A DNA stretch of 58,733 nucleotides, counting the filler, from Platydemus manokwari (taxonomy: Eukaryota), in the NCBI GenBank assembly GCA_037951405.1. It is 5 parts of 5 records of this genome, joined end to end, with 100 filler letters (N's around TTAATTAATTAA, not from the genome) between each part and the next. Parts side by side here need not be neighbours in the genome. Positions count along the whole stretch, not along the records: positions 9,180 to 25,535 come from JBBMOY011184766.1; 4 more parts are not named here. The stretch is one strand, 5' to 3'. Below the pieces are notes generated by a model that saw only the letters and a list, made by a program, of their open reading frames with translations, was not told the DNA's origin and did not search any database. Below, piece after piece: positions 11,132 to 24,300 of this stretch. The position numbers were made by a program, and so were the translations under genes. Position 1 is the stretch's first letter. Each line of letters begins with the position of its first letter.

Positions 11132-14100
11132 TTGTGATTGATCTGTCGTTATTATTTGGTTTTCATTTTAATAAGCATATTTATATCCAGATTAATAGCC
11201 AATCAAAATGAGATTATATTTGACTTAACAAGCAACGTAATGAGTTTTGAAAAAGTATAACACACAAGTGTTTTTCTAAAGTATTACTTTAAATATAATT
11301 GATTAATATAACTAATGTTCATTCAGTATGCTTTTCTGTTATGCATTTTGATGTTTAACGAAGTTGTTTAATGATCTAAGCTAAATATCTTAAAAGTTTA
11401 CGTGCAAAAAAATTTGTTTGTATATTTCTGTAATATGTGAATTGATAATAAAAATATTTGAACTTCACATTGAGTCGATGTTTCCATGATTTTGTAATAC
11501 AACTTTATTTAAGTTTTATTATATTGGATATTTATTTACAAAACAACCAAAGTTGAAATTTGATTTCAAATTAATTACATATTATATCATAAAATCAATA
11601 CAAATCGAAGCTAATAAAATATAAATGTTATTTTTTTATGTGATGTAGTCAATCTAAAAAGATAGTCTGTTTATCAATGTTAATTATTTACTAAGTTAGA
11701 TAACAGATTTCCGAATGGTTTTATTTAAGCTAGTATAAAAATCGATTTTGTAAAATTGTACAGTTTGGATTTCTAGCATAGTAGACGCAATTTGAGTATA
11801 CAAATGTTTTCAATGAAACCTAAGATTGACGAAAATGACTTATAAAACTTATGTTCAAATCAATAATTAAATAAGTAATAATTTATAAGTTTGATGATTG
11901 ATAAATGTTAATGAAGTAATTTATGAATTATATTTATCATTTTCCAGAAGAAATTTATTAAATTGAGTTATATATTTTAATTTAAAAATAATACTAAGGT
12001 AATTTAACTGTAATTCCGATTACATTTTGTAAATTATGTACTCCGAAAAATAAACTCGTAATGGTCATTCGATAAATAAGTCTTAATTAAAATATAAAGC
12101 CCATTCCTACAATAGTTATCTAATGAGTTTTTTTCCAAATCCTTGTCTTGATTTTCGTTATGTAAATTATCCTAAAGATCACAATCTCCAATTGCCGAAA
12201 GTTATAAAAATTTTTGTAAATGATAAAACTAAATATCAATAAATATAAATCCAAACAATTTAAAAGTCATCAACTGTTTATGTTAGTCGATAATTATTCG
12301 AACATTTGAGAAAAATATATTGACAAAATTATATTCAACTAGATATACAAAATATGTTTCCATAAACAATTTCCTGATTGCATATCAGCTTAAACACTGT
12401 AATGTTTGGTTCATTTTTAATGAATAAATTTTAAAGTTTTGATCATCATATATCAGACTGGCACATGAAAACCTTAATACTTTCTTCCCAGAATAAATAT
12501 GTCGAATTGGTTGTAAGTTTATCAAGACATTATTACGATTATCCTGACTAAATTGTATTGAAATAAATGCAATTTCTGTAATGAAAAAGGATATTTGCTT
12601 TTTTAGATGTGTTAACGGCTGTGTCTGATAATATTCAAAGGTTATAGGTATTCCTAGCCAAAACAGCGAAATCATCACTATAAGCGAGGACCAAGACTTT
12701 CTCAATGAAAATCTCATAAGCCATGTGATTTTCCGACCCATCCTCAATAAACAGTGGATTGATGGCAATTGTAAATGGCGCCATAGATATAGAGCTTACC
12801 ATAGATATCTTGCTTTATCGCAATGCTAGTTGAGGTCTCTGCTGTGAATTTATTTAAACACATTTAGAATAGATGTCCTTGATTATATCAATAAAATCAT
12901 CACACAGAGTGTATTTTTACAGGATTTATGATATCAAATCGTGTGTGAAAATATGGAAAATACCTAACAAACTTAAAAAGTTTGTTGAGGTTTTGATGAT
13001 GCTCAAAGACAAAATTTAGGAGTTCTAGGATGTAAATTTTATGACTGTTACTTATTGAAGCAATCGATCAGCTACAATATATGTTAAGATTTTATATCTT
13101 GAGTTTGAGGATACCAATTCAAGATTGTTTAATAATCAGTTTACCTGGTTTTTGAACAAGAGATATGTTGAATATTTTACGACTTTATATATAATTTTTT
13201 TAATTCATAATTTAGGTTTAAAATACTTCTCGACAGCTTCTCGTAATTAATATTAAATAGACAAATCAGGTAGTAAAAAATAAAACAGCCTCACGGAATA
13301 GAAATTGTTCTGGAATAAAACTTGTAAAATTTCTTATTGAATAAAACTCGTAAAATTTGTAATTCAGAATTTCGTGATTCAAAATTGAGCGAAGTGTCTA
13401 ATTGCACTTGCATATATAACATTTTGGTGCTTTGTTCTATTACCTGATGTATTTGATAAAATTTGTCTCTATTTTTAGTTACACTTACACGATAGTTCTA
13501 AATTTAGTATCAACCCACAATTTTAGTTGACAATTACTATTAATTGGGGTAGTTTATTTTTAGTACTGTTGCAATTACTATAATTACATTATGGCGAGAT
13601 TTTTTTCATGACCCTGAGGTCGAGAAAACGATTTCTTTTTTTGATATAATACATAAACAAATTTTTATTTTTAATTTTGAAAAAAAATTTAGTGCTTTTT
13701 GTGTGAAAATATTTTAATTTTTATAGAAAAAAAATTCATATTATTTCAAATTTTTTATGTTTATAAAAAAATTAATAATGCGTTTTACTGTTTTTAATTA
13801 TTATTTATTCTCGGATGGTTCCACACAGATGCTTTAAATTTCCTCTATCTTGGGGGTGACTTAACTTTGTTTATGATTAATGAATACAGAAAATATGATA
13901 GTGATCTGAATATTTTTGAAATAGGATGCAGATTACTTTGTAAATTAATTATGTTTTTGAATTTGGTTTCGACCTTCCTTTATTCTGAGAGATATCCCTA
14001 TATATATTGTATTACTTGTTCATATTTTTATGGACAAATTTAAATATTGTTTTTATCAATTGTAAAGACATATTTCACCTTAACTATGATAAGTTGAATA

Positions 14101-17100
14101 AGTATGAACATTTACAGAAACTATTAGAAGCAATTCCGATAGTCAGATCGAAAGGACAAATAATTTTTGGAAAGATGCATTAATGAATATCGGTGAATGA
14201 AACCACGCTAGCTTTGCGGTTTATAAAGAGAAATAAACAATTTTTATAAACGTCGACGTCACGTTCTACACTCATAATTAAATAAAACATGAAAAAAAAA
14301 ATTGAAAATTCGTAATTGTTAAAACTGAATGGTTAAAACATGAAGAAAACATTAAGTATGCTCATATTTATGCATAAAAAACTTTTTAAAAGGTTTTAAA
14401 AATGTTAAAATAACCGCAATTATTTATCCAGTAATAACATAGTAAAATGGTCAAAGTTAAACAAACATCTTGACTGTTTAATCTGAGGTTAAAGGAACAA
14501 TTTAAATACCTGGAGATTAATAAATAATAAATAACAATTTTTAGCCAATAAGAAATAAAGATTATGAACAATCTAGTCAGATAACGAAGAATATATGACT
14601 ATATATACCCATACGAAAATTAATGGAAACCGAACAAATTTGAATAGGCCTGAACCTCCTTTCAAACAACTTAGCTAATAGAAACCATTAAATTTAATAA
14701 TTAAATCTTTAATCAAAAATTATATTAGAAAGATTATTTTATAAACTGAAAAAACTTGCTAGACTAAACGATAAATAATTTCAGTTAGGCATATTTTAAA
14801 ATCAATAATAAAGTGTTTAAACTTCATGCAATCTATCTGGTAATCATGATAACGACTCTTGCTCACTGGATTTCTTGAATTCACCTGTGAAACGAGATAA
14901 ATTGTGTTTGTGCTTTTTAAGTAAGTGATGTAAAATTCTTGATAATCAATAAAAAATGTTATATTAAAATTATATATATTATTACCGTTGATGATTACTG
15001 AAGTCAAAAAATTTGCCTAATTTATCTCTTGGTAAAAATGATTAAAAATATCCTCTAAAATTAGTTCCCAAGTCTTTCCAAAAACTATTCAAAATTGTCT
15101 GTCAACTTGTTAGTCATGTTGAGTGACATGAAATTCTGCAAAAAGAAAAACGAAATTACACCTTGGAACCCTTGTTTTGACACTCCGAACATTAGCATGC
15201 TTATTCAACCGTACAAGCATGTCAATCAGATTTTAGGTGAATACATTGTGGTTTTGTATATTGATTAATATACATTATATTAGAGTCAGGAGTTTTGTTA
15301 CTGATTATTATCTAACAGTCAGAATTGTATTCCATTTTTATAATGATAATCGAGTTCAATTTAAGATTCACCACAGTCTTCCATCCATATTCGATAAGCA
15401 CACCTGCCAAGAGCCAATCATATTCTTTCTATATATCACTCCATATTTAGAATTCAATTTTGTATGATTCTTCCACACTGAACTATATGTCCATTTTGTG
15501 CAATCTCAAAATGAAGTGAAAGTTGAAACTTAAATTTACAAAAACCGTGCTATTTAGCACTTTTGTTCTCATAAAATAATTATAAACAGCTTCAACTAGC
15601 TACCATAACCATAGATTCCACTCTAAACATCTTACGACTGACAAAAAGTGGTCTTTGAATAATTATCTATCTATTTTCATGTGTTTTCGTGTATTACAAT
15701 TTAATTTTATATTTTATTTCTCAAATTCCATTTGGGTGTATAAATTTTCATTGGCCTTTCCATTATTAATTTTTCTTATAACTTATTTGAATTTATTAAT
15801 TTATAATTATTTATCGAAATACGAAGTTATCAAGACAGAAAGAGGAGCCCATCAATTTTGTCATCTATCAACAGTCACTTAATGATCAATTAATTAAGTA
15901 CAGGTAAAAATTAGTGATATAATTTTTGTATTTTTATTTTCGATGTATGACGGTGAAAAATGATATCTATGTATAAAAGTATAATCTGTAAAGAAAAACA
16001 ATGTAATAATTTGTATTAGTAATTTTTACTTTGTCTCTCATTTTAACTGGAAGTTGTATGTTTTATTTTAGCGTGAAATTGTATTGATTTTATATTTATG
16101 CGCATTAATTTTATAGAAAATTAACTTCAAAGGAAAACAGGTCGATTGAAAATTTGAAATAAATTTCTAAGAGAAATAAAATTTTTACAATAAAAATATT
16201 TTTGCTCAAAGAATGTGACCTGCTGCAATGATAGTTAAAAATAATTAGCAATTCATATTTTCTTTTATTAATGTTTAGATCAAAATTAAATAGTGTTTGC
16301 CACAAATTATTAACACAAAACGATTATTTTCAAATATTGTGCTAATAAAATATCTCCTCATTCCAGTTGCACCAGACGTCATGCATTTGTTCTTTCGTCT
16401 TTTCCCAAAAACAGCGTCCATGTAATGTCATACCACTATTAGAATGAGAGATCTTTTACTGTGTTGTTTTTCCAAAGTCTTCATAATTTGTTCCCATATA
16501 TCCTTGTAGATCTATTTTCAATTTATCTTTTCAACATCGACCCGAATAAATACACCAATAAATAAAAATTCACTAATAGTCTTAATTCAATTAATCCATT
16601 GTATACATTCAAAAGATATTTGATATATCATAATAGCTCTGATTTTTATAAATCATGAAATTGAAATTTAAAAATCTCAGATAATTCTTTTATTAATTCG
16701 CTACCAAATCTAATTGTAATCTAAAGCAAGATGGAGATTTAATGTGATTACAATTACGTCATATTTATTATCATTTTGATTTTGTGTATGATATACTTAT
16801 TACACAAGAAATCATATTCACATTGTCGGTTACTATAGATACAATTTCGAAATAAAAATATTTTTAATAATACTAGATTAAAAATGTGGTTGTACAATTA
16901 ATAAACCATGTATATGATTATAAAAAGTTGTTAATTAATCGCTAATATTGTTTTTTTGAAAAAATAACAGCTTAGGACTTTCAAAATTATTTTTATTTCA
17001 AACTAAACTGTTACTTGAACTTAATTACAAAAATTATATTTAGAATGTTGTTTAAGTCAATTAATTAGTTTAAACTAATCGGAAAGTTTCTAATTTAAGT

Positions 17101-17231
17101 ATTTTATAATTTTTTTTAGAATATTTCCTTTTAAAATGTTTAATTTTTAATAATTTGTCAGCATATTAAACCAAATTTATATTTTATTCTAGATGAGAAA
17201 TTTAGTTTTGCAATAATATTTCGAACTAAAT

Positions 17232-20200
17232 ATGTCAGACGATGAAAAATTATATGAAACACTTTGGAGTTCTTCAGTAGTGGATTACCATAATATTACA
17301 AACAATATAAAACTTCCAACTCCTCCAAAGGATGGATTATTAAGGACCATTACATCAGAAAATGAAGACACTCTCTCACAGTCCTATGTAAGTTTTGAAG
17401 GAGAATCAGTTGATGATTTGGATATAAGTGTATTTAAATCGATTCCAAGTGATTCAGTTAAGAAAATAATGTATTCTAGACCTACAAAACCAGTTACGGT
17501 GCCATTTCCTAAAAAACCATGTTTTTCTGAGTTGGATGATAATGATAAATTAGAGTACCATGGACCTATCATTCATATAGTACAGAAATTGACAACAAAT
17601 AAAAAATCCCGATACGCTGTTTTGATCTCAAATAGACTGATACTGTTTGAAAAACCAGAACATAAAGTTTCCAAAATTCAAATACCATTATCATCAATGA
17701 CTAAAATTGAATGGATAGAAAGTGTGAACTATACCAACAAGAATGATTGTAATAAATTCAAGCTAGACACTCCAGTCAGATCGTACAAATTCCAATGTTC
17801 TAGCCACGAAAACGCCGGTGTCTGGATCAATCACATTGGGAAATTGATCTATGATAAACAAAATGTCGACGACACCAAACAACCGGCCATTCTCAAAGCA
17901 ACGGTGTCATTGGAAAATGTGAAAGGCAAACGGATTTTTGCAGTGGAATCGAAATATACGGTAGCATATTATGAATCTGAAGAAGATTACAAATATGGAA
18001 TCGCAATGCATCGAATCCAATTGCGATCGAGTGGACTGAAACGGATTGATGCGAATTCGTTTTCACTCATAACATCATATCGAGAATACAAATTGACATT
18101 TGAAACGAATATGATCTGTGATGAATGGTTTAAAACGTTGACTGTCATCATTCAGAATGCCATTTCATCAACGATTTGTTCGAAAAATGCCAAATCCGGC
18201 GATGAAATATTAGCTGCACTGTGTCAAAATGCGAGCAATCGATTCTGTGCCGAATGCAAATCGTCGGACATTCAATGGGCTTCGATCAATTTGTTCATCA
18301 CATTGTGTGCCAAATGTGCCGGTGTCCATCGGGGATTGGGTCCGAACGTTTCGAAAATCCAAGGAATCTTCACCGATGAAGTGATTTGGGAAGATGATGA
18401 TTTGATGAAACTGTTCCAATTGATTGGCAATGATCATGCCAACAGTTTCTGGATGGCTCATTATGATCGAGATGATATGAATGAATGGATGGATAATCAG
18501 CACCAGCATCCGCACCAGCATCCGCATCAGCAACCAATCACCTTGCAATCGGATGTAGATCAGAAATTTGTCATTGATAAATATGTTCGCAAGAAATATC
18601 TCGAGAAACGGGAGACGATTTTCGAGAAATATAAAGATTCAAAATTGTTGAATGAGGAATTATTGGAATGTATAAGATGTGGTGGTGGTGCTGGTGGTGG
18701 TGGTGCTGGTAGCTATGGTGATGTATTGAGATTGATGAAATTGTTTCATATTGGTAATGATATCCATTATGATCATTTGTTGAATTGTGGTGAACAATAT
18801 GGACAATCAATACAGATGGCATTTATCAAATATCAATGTAAAACACAGATTAAAGATTGGAGAAGTGATTTGTTTGATCATCATAATGGTGATGGTGGTG
18901 GCGGAGATGGTGGTGGCGGTAGCGGTGCTGATGGGACCATATTCGATAAACGATCTTTCCCATGTTCCATCAATAATCAACCATCATTCGATGAGAAATC
19001 GATATTGATCAAATATCAATCGTTACAGATTTTCGATAAAGCAAATGATTTGAAAATGATTTGTGTTGTGGATTTTAGAAATATTTGTTTGGTGAGAGAA
19101 AAACAAATGGATTGTGATCAAATCAATTTGATTATGATTGTACGAGAAACCGAATATTCAACAAAATCATCATCATCACATAATCATAATCATAATGATT
19201 CTGTCATCAATATCATCGAATTTGCTGCCAATGATCGAATCCAAGCCAATGATTTACGTGATTTTAAAAACGTTCTCGGCCAGAATATGTTTCCCGGTTT
19301 CATTCCATCATCGCCATATAATTGCATTGCCTGGGTCATATTGAGTACAATCAGTGAAGATTGGAAACCGTTGTTATTGTTTCTCAATTACGATAGTTTT
19401 GTGGAATTCTATCATCCCAAACCCAACGAACAAGCTGCGATTCGATTGGATTTGAGAAAAATCCAAAAAATCGAAGAATTGAAAGATAAGAATTATGAGA
19501 ATGTTTGTCCATATCAAATGTATAATTTGGCATCGATATGTTTGATATCATCCATTATCTATCATATTCGCGGCGATACCAAGGAATCGTATGAGGAGAT
19601 TTTGAAAGCCATTCAACAATCATGGTGTACACGAGATGCCAATACGTTATCGGATCAGTTTTTAACACAAAACAATGTGCCATTGCCGATTTATAAAATG
19701 ATTCGATATTTACAAATACACGGCACACAAATCGAAGGATTGTTCCGTCGGGTTGGCAGTGTGAGAGAAGCTGATAAAATCTACAATGAATTGATTACCA
19801 ATCCGAATTCGTATGTTTTGACCAATTGTGAACCACATGATGTTGCCAGTGCATTGAAATTGTTTTTTCGAAAATTGAAAGATCCATTGTTGACGAAACG
19901 ACTCTATGACAATTGGATTTATGCTGCCGATTTGCAGAATTCGGAAGAAAAATTGATTTATTATAAACAAATCATCCAAGCAATGCCATTGGTCAATTAC
20001 GAAACGCTGAGATTGTTAATATTTCTACTCGTTAATATCGATAAAAATAATGATATCACTCAAATGAATCCCGATAATTTAGGTACGAGTTTCAATACTT
20101 GCCTTTTAACTGGGTCTCAAAATGAAGTATTTATTCCACAATCATTGCTGATTTTACCATATTTAATCAGAAATTATCAAGATCTATTTGATGTGACACA

Positions 20201-21017
20201 AGAAGAATTGGAAATTGAAAAAATGTATGTGAAAGAACGGAAGAAAATCAATGATTTTGCACCAAGTGAAACGAGTATATTGAGACAGATATATATTGAT
20301 CCCGAATTGGAATGTCTGTTGAAGAAAGATATTAATTTTGAAAAGGAATCAGCGAATAAAAAGTCCAAAGAATTGTTGAGTAAACAATTGAGAATTGAAC
20401 AATCGATGACAACGATTTCTTTGTTGAAGAAAATATTTAATGATCAAACTGATTACAAGAATATTTTCATTTTTGAGGATAGAAAAATCGATGACTTACA
20501 TATGCATCATATGATTTATCCACACCAAAATTTGGTTGAAGTAATTCAAAATTCTGAACAATCCGATTCCAAAAGTGCATTGAATAAGAAATTTATTTGC
20601 AAAATGAACATTCAAGGATCTGGTATCAAACATAGTAGTAATTCATCATCATTCAAATGTTGGGTGTCATTATCAATTAAAAATAAAGTCTATTTGGAAT
20701 TGAGTGAAACCCAACAAATCAATATTTGGAAAAATGATCAAACCACTGAATTACTGATTAACATTCCAATAAGGGGAATGATATTATTCCGAAGTTGTGA
20801 AGCCGACAAATATATTGTTGCTTTTGAATATAGAAAAAATCAATCGAATTCCTCACAGATATTAAATCTTCTGAATTTATTTTCATTTAAATACCGCTCA
20901 TCTTTTAATTTCATTAGTTTTTATTCAAAATCAGATTATCAAACGTTCCTGCAATTTTACGATCAGGCAAAATTAATTGAATTAACATCAAGGCCAATCA
21001 CGAAAACCCATTTTTAA
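17232..21017 (+). CDS. ARAP: ARAP-family Arf-GAP with Rho-GAP and PH domains
   Basis: Two N-terminal PH domains, an ArfGAP Zn finger CAEC-x16-CAKCAGVHR (~18246), further PH-like segments, a RhoGAP with IEGLFRRVGS and DVASALKLFFRKL, then a C-terminal RA/PH-like region. It is a single 1261-aa ORF. Confidence 0.92.
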   Translation: MSDDEKLYETLWSSSVVDYHNITNNIKLPTPPKDGLLRTITSENEDTLSQSYVSFEGESVDDLDISVFKSIPSDSVKKIMYSRPTKPVTVPFPKKPCFSELDDNDKLEYHGPIIHIVQKLTTNKKSRYAVLISNRLILFEKPEHKVSKIQIPLSSMTKIEWIESVNYTNKNDCNKFKLDTPVRSYKFQCSSHENAGVWINHIGKLIYDKQNVDDTKQPAILKATVSLENVKGKRIFAVESKYTVAYYESEEDYKYGIAMHRIQLRSSGLKRIDANSFSLITSYREYKLTFETNMICDEWFKTLTVIIQNAISSTICSKNAKSGDEILAALCQNASNRFCAECKSSDIQWASINLFITLCAKCAGVHRGLGPNVSKIQGIFTDEVIWEDDDLMKLFQLIGNDHANSFWMAHYDRDDMNEWMDNQHQHPHQHPHQQPITLQSDVDQKFVIDKYVRKKYLEKRETIFEKYKDSKLLNEELLECIRCGGGAGGGGAGSYGDVLRLMKLFHIGNDIHYDHLLNCGEQYGQSIQMAFIKYQCKTQIKDWRSDLFDHHNGDGGGGDGGGGSGADGTIFDKRSFPCSINNQPSFDEKSILIKYQSLQIFDKANDLKMICVVDFRNICLVREKQMDCDQINLIMIVRETEYSTKSSSSHNHNHNDSVINIIEFAANDRIQANDLRDFKNVLGQNMFPGFIPSSPYNCIAWVILSTISEDWKPLLLFLNYDSFVEFYHPKPNEQAAIRLDLRKIQKIEELKDKNYENVCPYQMYNLASICLISSIIYHIRGDTKESYEEILKAIQQSWCTRDANTLSDQFLTQNNVPLPIYKMIRYLQIHGTQIEGLFRRVGSVREADKIYNELITNPNSYVLTNCEPHDVASALKLFFRKLKDPLLTKRLYDNWIYAADLQNSEEKLIYYKQIIQAMPLVNYETLRLLIFLLVNIDKNNDITQMNPDNLGTSFNTCLLTGSQNEVFIPQSLLILPYLIRNYQDLFDVTQEELEIEKMYVKERKKINDFAPSETSILRQIYIDPELECLLKKDINFEKESANKKSKELLSKQLRIEQSMTTISLLKKIFNDQTDYKNIFIFEDRKIDDLHMHHMIYPHQNLVEVIQNSEQSDSKSALNKKFICKMNIQGSGIKHSSNSSSFKCWVSLSIKNKVYLELSETQQINIWKNDQTTELLINIPIRGMILFRSCEADKYIVAFEYRKNQSNSSQILNLLNLFSFKYRSSFNFISFYSKSDYQTFLQFYDQAKLIELTSRPITKTHF

Positions 21018-21347
21018 ATATATATATTATATATAATACATATTATATATTGACAAATATTTTGCTATGAATCCGAATTACTTATATACTCCCTTTTCAT
21101 TTTGTGCTCAACTTACAGTTTTTATCAGATTTTATATGAATTTACCAATTTAATTTTGATTTGTATATATTTTATAATTTTTCAAATAAAGTTTTACAAA
21201 CGATTTTTATATTTTTCAATCAAGAAAATCAGCATTTTTATTATTAAAAATTAACAACACAATGGCCAATATTGATCGTACATCATTTTTTTTACAATTA
21301 TAACTGCAATTAAATTAACATTGGTTGTTGTCGTTACTAAAATGCAT

Positions 21348-24300
21348 TTAAAATTTTTCAGTACCAACAGAGCTTCTACGGAAGGAGTCGTCATGATTCT
21401 TGTGAATATTCTGATCAATAGAAAATCTTCGAGTTTTAATCATACTATCAGCCTTGCACAGAATTTCACTACAAAAATATAATTTATTAAATCAAGATAT
21501 AGCCAGAAACAACACATTGATTTTTTACCTGTAACTATTTTCATCACTATTATCATCATCATTTTCCATCATCTGTTCCAGTTTCAGAACACGTTGTTTG
21601 GATAATATCAATTCATTATTTTTCCTTTCCATCTCTTCTTCCATGTCATTGTTTTTCTCTGTAAGCATTTTTATCTTCATTTTCAAATCGGTAATTTCTT
21701 TGGTTTGTGAATCTTCAATATCTCTGGAATCTTTCAATTGTCTTTCTAATTTTTTCATTCGCTCTTGTTCTAATGAAATTTTACTCTGAACACTCTCCTT
21801 GTCAGACTAAAAACAATCAATACCAAACTGGCTAATGTTTTAATTACCTGAGCTTCAAACAATTGATCTTTCAATCTTTCATTAGCGGTTTGAAGTCGTG
21901 ATTTGGTTGAATCTTCATAATGCAATTTCATTTCTAATTCCGATACCCTGTTCTGTAATTTGATTGTTTCTGATTTATCAATCTGAACAATTTTACATTT
22001 CCATCATTAGCACACACATTTCGTACCAATTAAATATTATCACCTGATCATAATTATGCAAGCTTAATTCTTGATCCAGTTTCTCTATCTTTAATACGAA
22101 TCGTTTATTTTCATCTTCCAGTGTATCAACTTTTTCTTGTAAGTTATTGTTATATTCATTCAATAAAGTCATCTGGCTTTGAAGTTGTTTCAATTTTCGC
22201 TCAGATTGCTCAAACTGACACTCTAAATCTTCATTATGGCTTTGTACATTCAAAAAGTCAGATTTGATTTGTTTCAATTTAGATTCAACCTGTAAACATT
22301 AATTTGAAAAATACACACATGGATATTTATTTCATTTAATTAACTTCGTATTTCGATTTTGTCAAAATTTCCATTTCCTGGTGACATTCTTCAAGTTCTC
22401 GTTCTCGATTAACCTTTTGTTTCAAAAGCATTTCGTTAGCATGAACTGCATCATCGAGCTATATAAATGAAAATTGTATCATTACATTGCAAACATTGTG
22501 GATAGAAAAATTACCCTGAAAAAACATTCGACCAAATTAAATTTAGTTTATGCACACACACACGCACACACACACATATGTAAAACATTTTCAAAAATAA
22601 ACAATTGGAAATGAATATTTATAAATAACTAGTAATGATTTGTAAAGAATTCATAATGTATAACACAATTTCACGTATTTTAAGAAATTACATATGTTTA
22701 CGAATACAAATTCCGTTATTCCGGTTTCATGATTAATCAAATAAAATAATGCAACGATATTTCCAATAACTGAATTGTTCAATATTATTTAGAAATCTAA
22801 AGTTCATAACAGATAAAAAATTCTTCCACGCATTCCAAATCTTAGTAAAAGTAATCGAGTGATTGAACATGTTATAGCATGTCTTATTCCGGTTATTGCT
22901 GTAGGGCAGGGGTGGCCCTACCGGTCGATCTTGAAGCCAATTAAATACAACGCGTGATATAATTCAAATGAAAAGTCGATCTTACGTACACAAAAGTTGG
23001 CCACCTCTGCTATAGGGCATGGAATTCTTTAACAAAAATATTAGAGAAATAATTCATCATATTAAAAATCAATGAATATTTTTCACATTATCATAAAATA
23101 AACTTGTTTGAGCATTTACAGCTCAATTATAATCAGATGAAAAGACAAGCATTGATATAAAATATACATAACATTAAAGCTAAATAAAAGTAATTGACGA
23201 TGTGTGAATAGAGTGTATTGAATCAGAAAATATGAATATATTTCATTCAATATTTGATCATGACATGCTTTAGAAAATTAAACTCTGCTCTCTATAAACA
23301 AATTATTGTTTTATCTCATCAAGTAGTAGCTAATTATCAATTTAATTTTTAGTAATAAATTACTGTGTGATTTATTACGTACATCTGTTTACTTAAAATC
23401 GATAATTTGTATATAATAATAATAATTTATTATCAAAAGCATTTAATTCATTAAATATTAAATATATATTATATCAATATTCGAGAATTCAAAAATTACC
23501 TTGTCTTTTAAATCTTTCATTTCTGCTTTATTCTCTTTACGATTTTTCATTTCTTCAATTTTATCTAAAGCATCATTTAACAAATCTTTCGTAGTTTTTA
23601 ATTCCTTTTTCAATTTCTTTTCCATATCTAATATAGAAAAATCAATATCAATTGACAAAGAAAACAATAGACACTTAAATCTCTCTGGATGGCAATTTGT
23701 TCCTTCAATTCCATTACAAGTCTATCAGCCTCTCTTTTATCTTTGATTAAAGATTGCCGTTTGAGACTATCTTCTTCTAATTGTAATTCAATATTTTTCA
23801 GTTTTTTCGCATATGAAACTTTTATGTGTTCAATTTCATCGTCTTTTTCATTCAATTCGTTAATTTTCTCTTGATTAAGTTTTTCGATTTGTAATTTTAA
23901 TTTTATTTTTTCCTACAAAAACAATTATAATCAATGATGGAATAAATTGATTAAACTTTTTGCACTAAATCATAATTATCATTAGCTTCATCGACTTCTT
24001 CTTCTAATTCTTTAATACGTAAATCAAGTTCAGCTTTTTGCTTTTTGAAATAATATTCTTTTTCTTCAAGCTCCATATTACTGAATTCCACATTGGTAAT
24101 CGGTTGAAACGATGTCGGTTTATTGGATAATTCTGTTTTCAATTCCTAGAATCATTGAAACAAACAAAATGGAACATCGACATGTTTTATATTACTTTTA
24201 TGTCTTTCTCTAACAACAATTTTTCACTATAAATCTTATCGTTATCTCGTTTTAATTTCTCACGCAAAGATGATTCATCATGAAGCGATTTCTGAAGTCG

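Noticed and set aside
11200-17100. Numerous 60-130-aa hydrophobic ORFs
   Set aside because: Their F/I/L/N/K/Y-rich composition is expected by chance in AT-rich non-coding DNA, with no motifs or consistent exon chain.
17384-20368. Short alternative-frame and antisense ORFs inside ARAP, including a His-rich one
   Set aside because: They are by-products of GGT/GAT-rich coding sequence and have no independent motifs.
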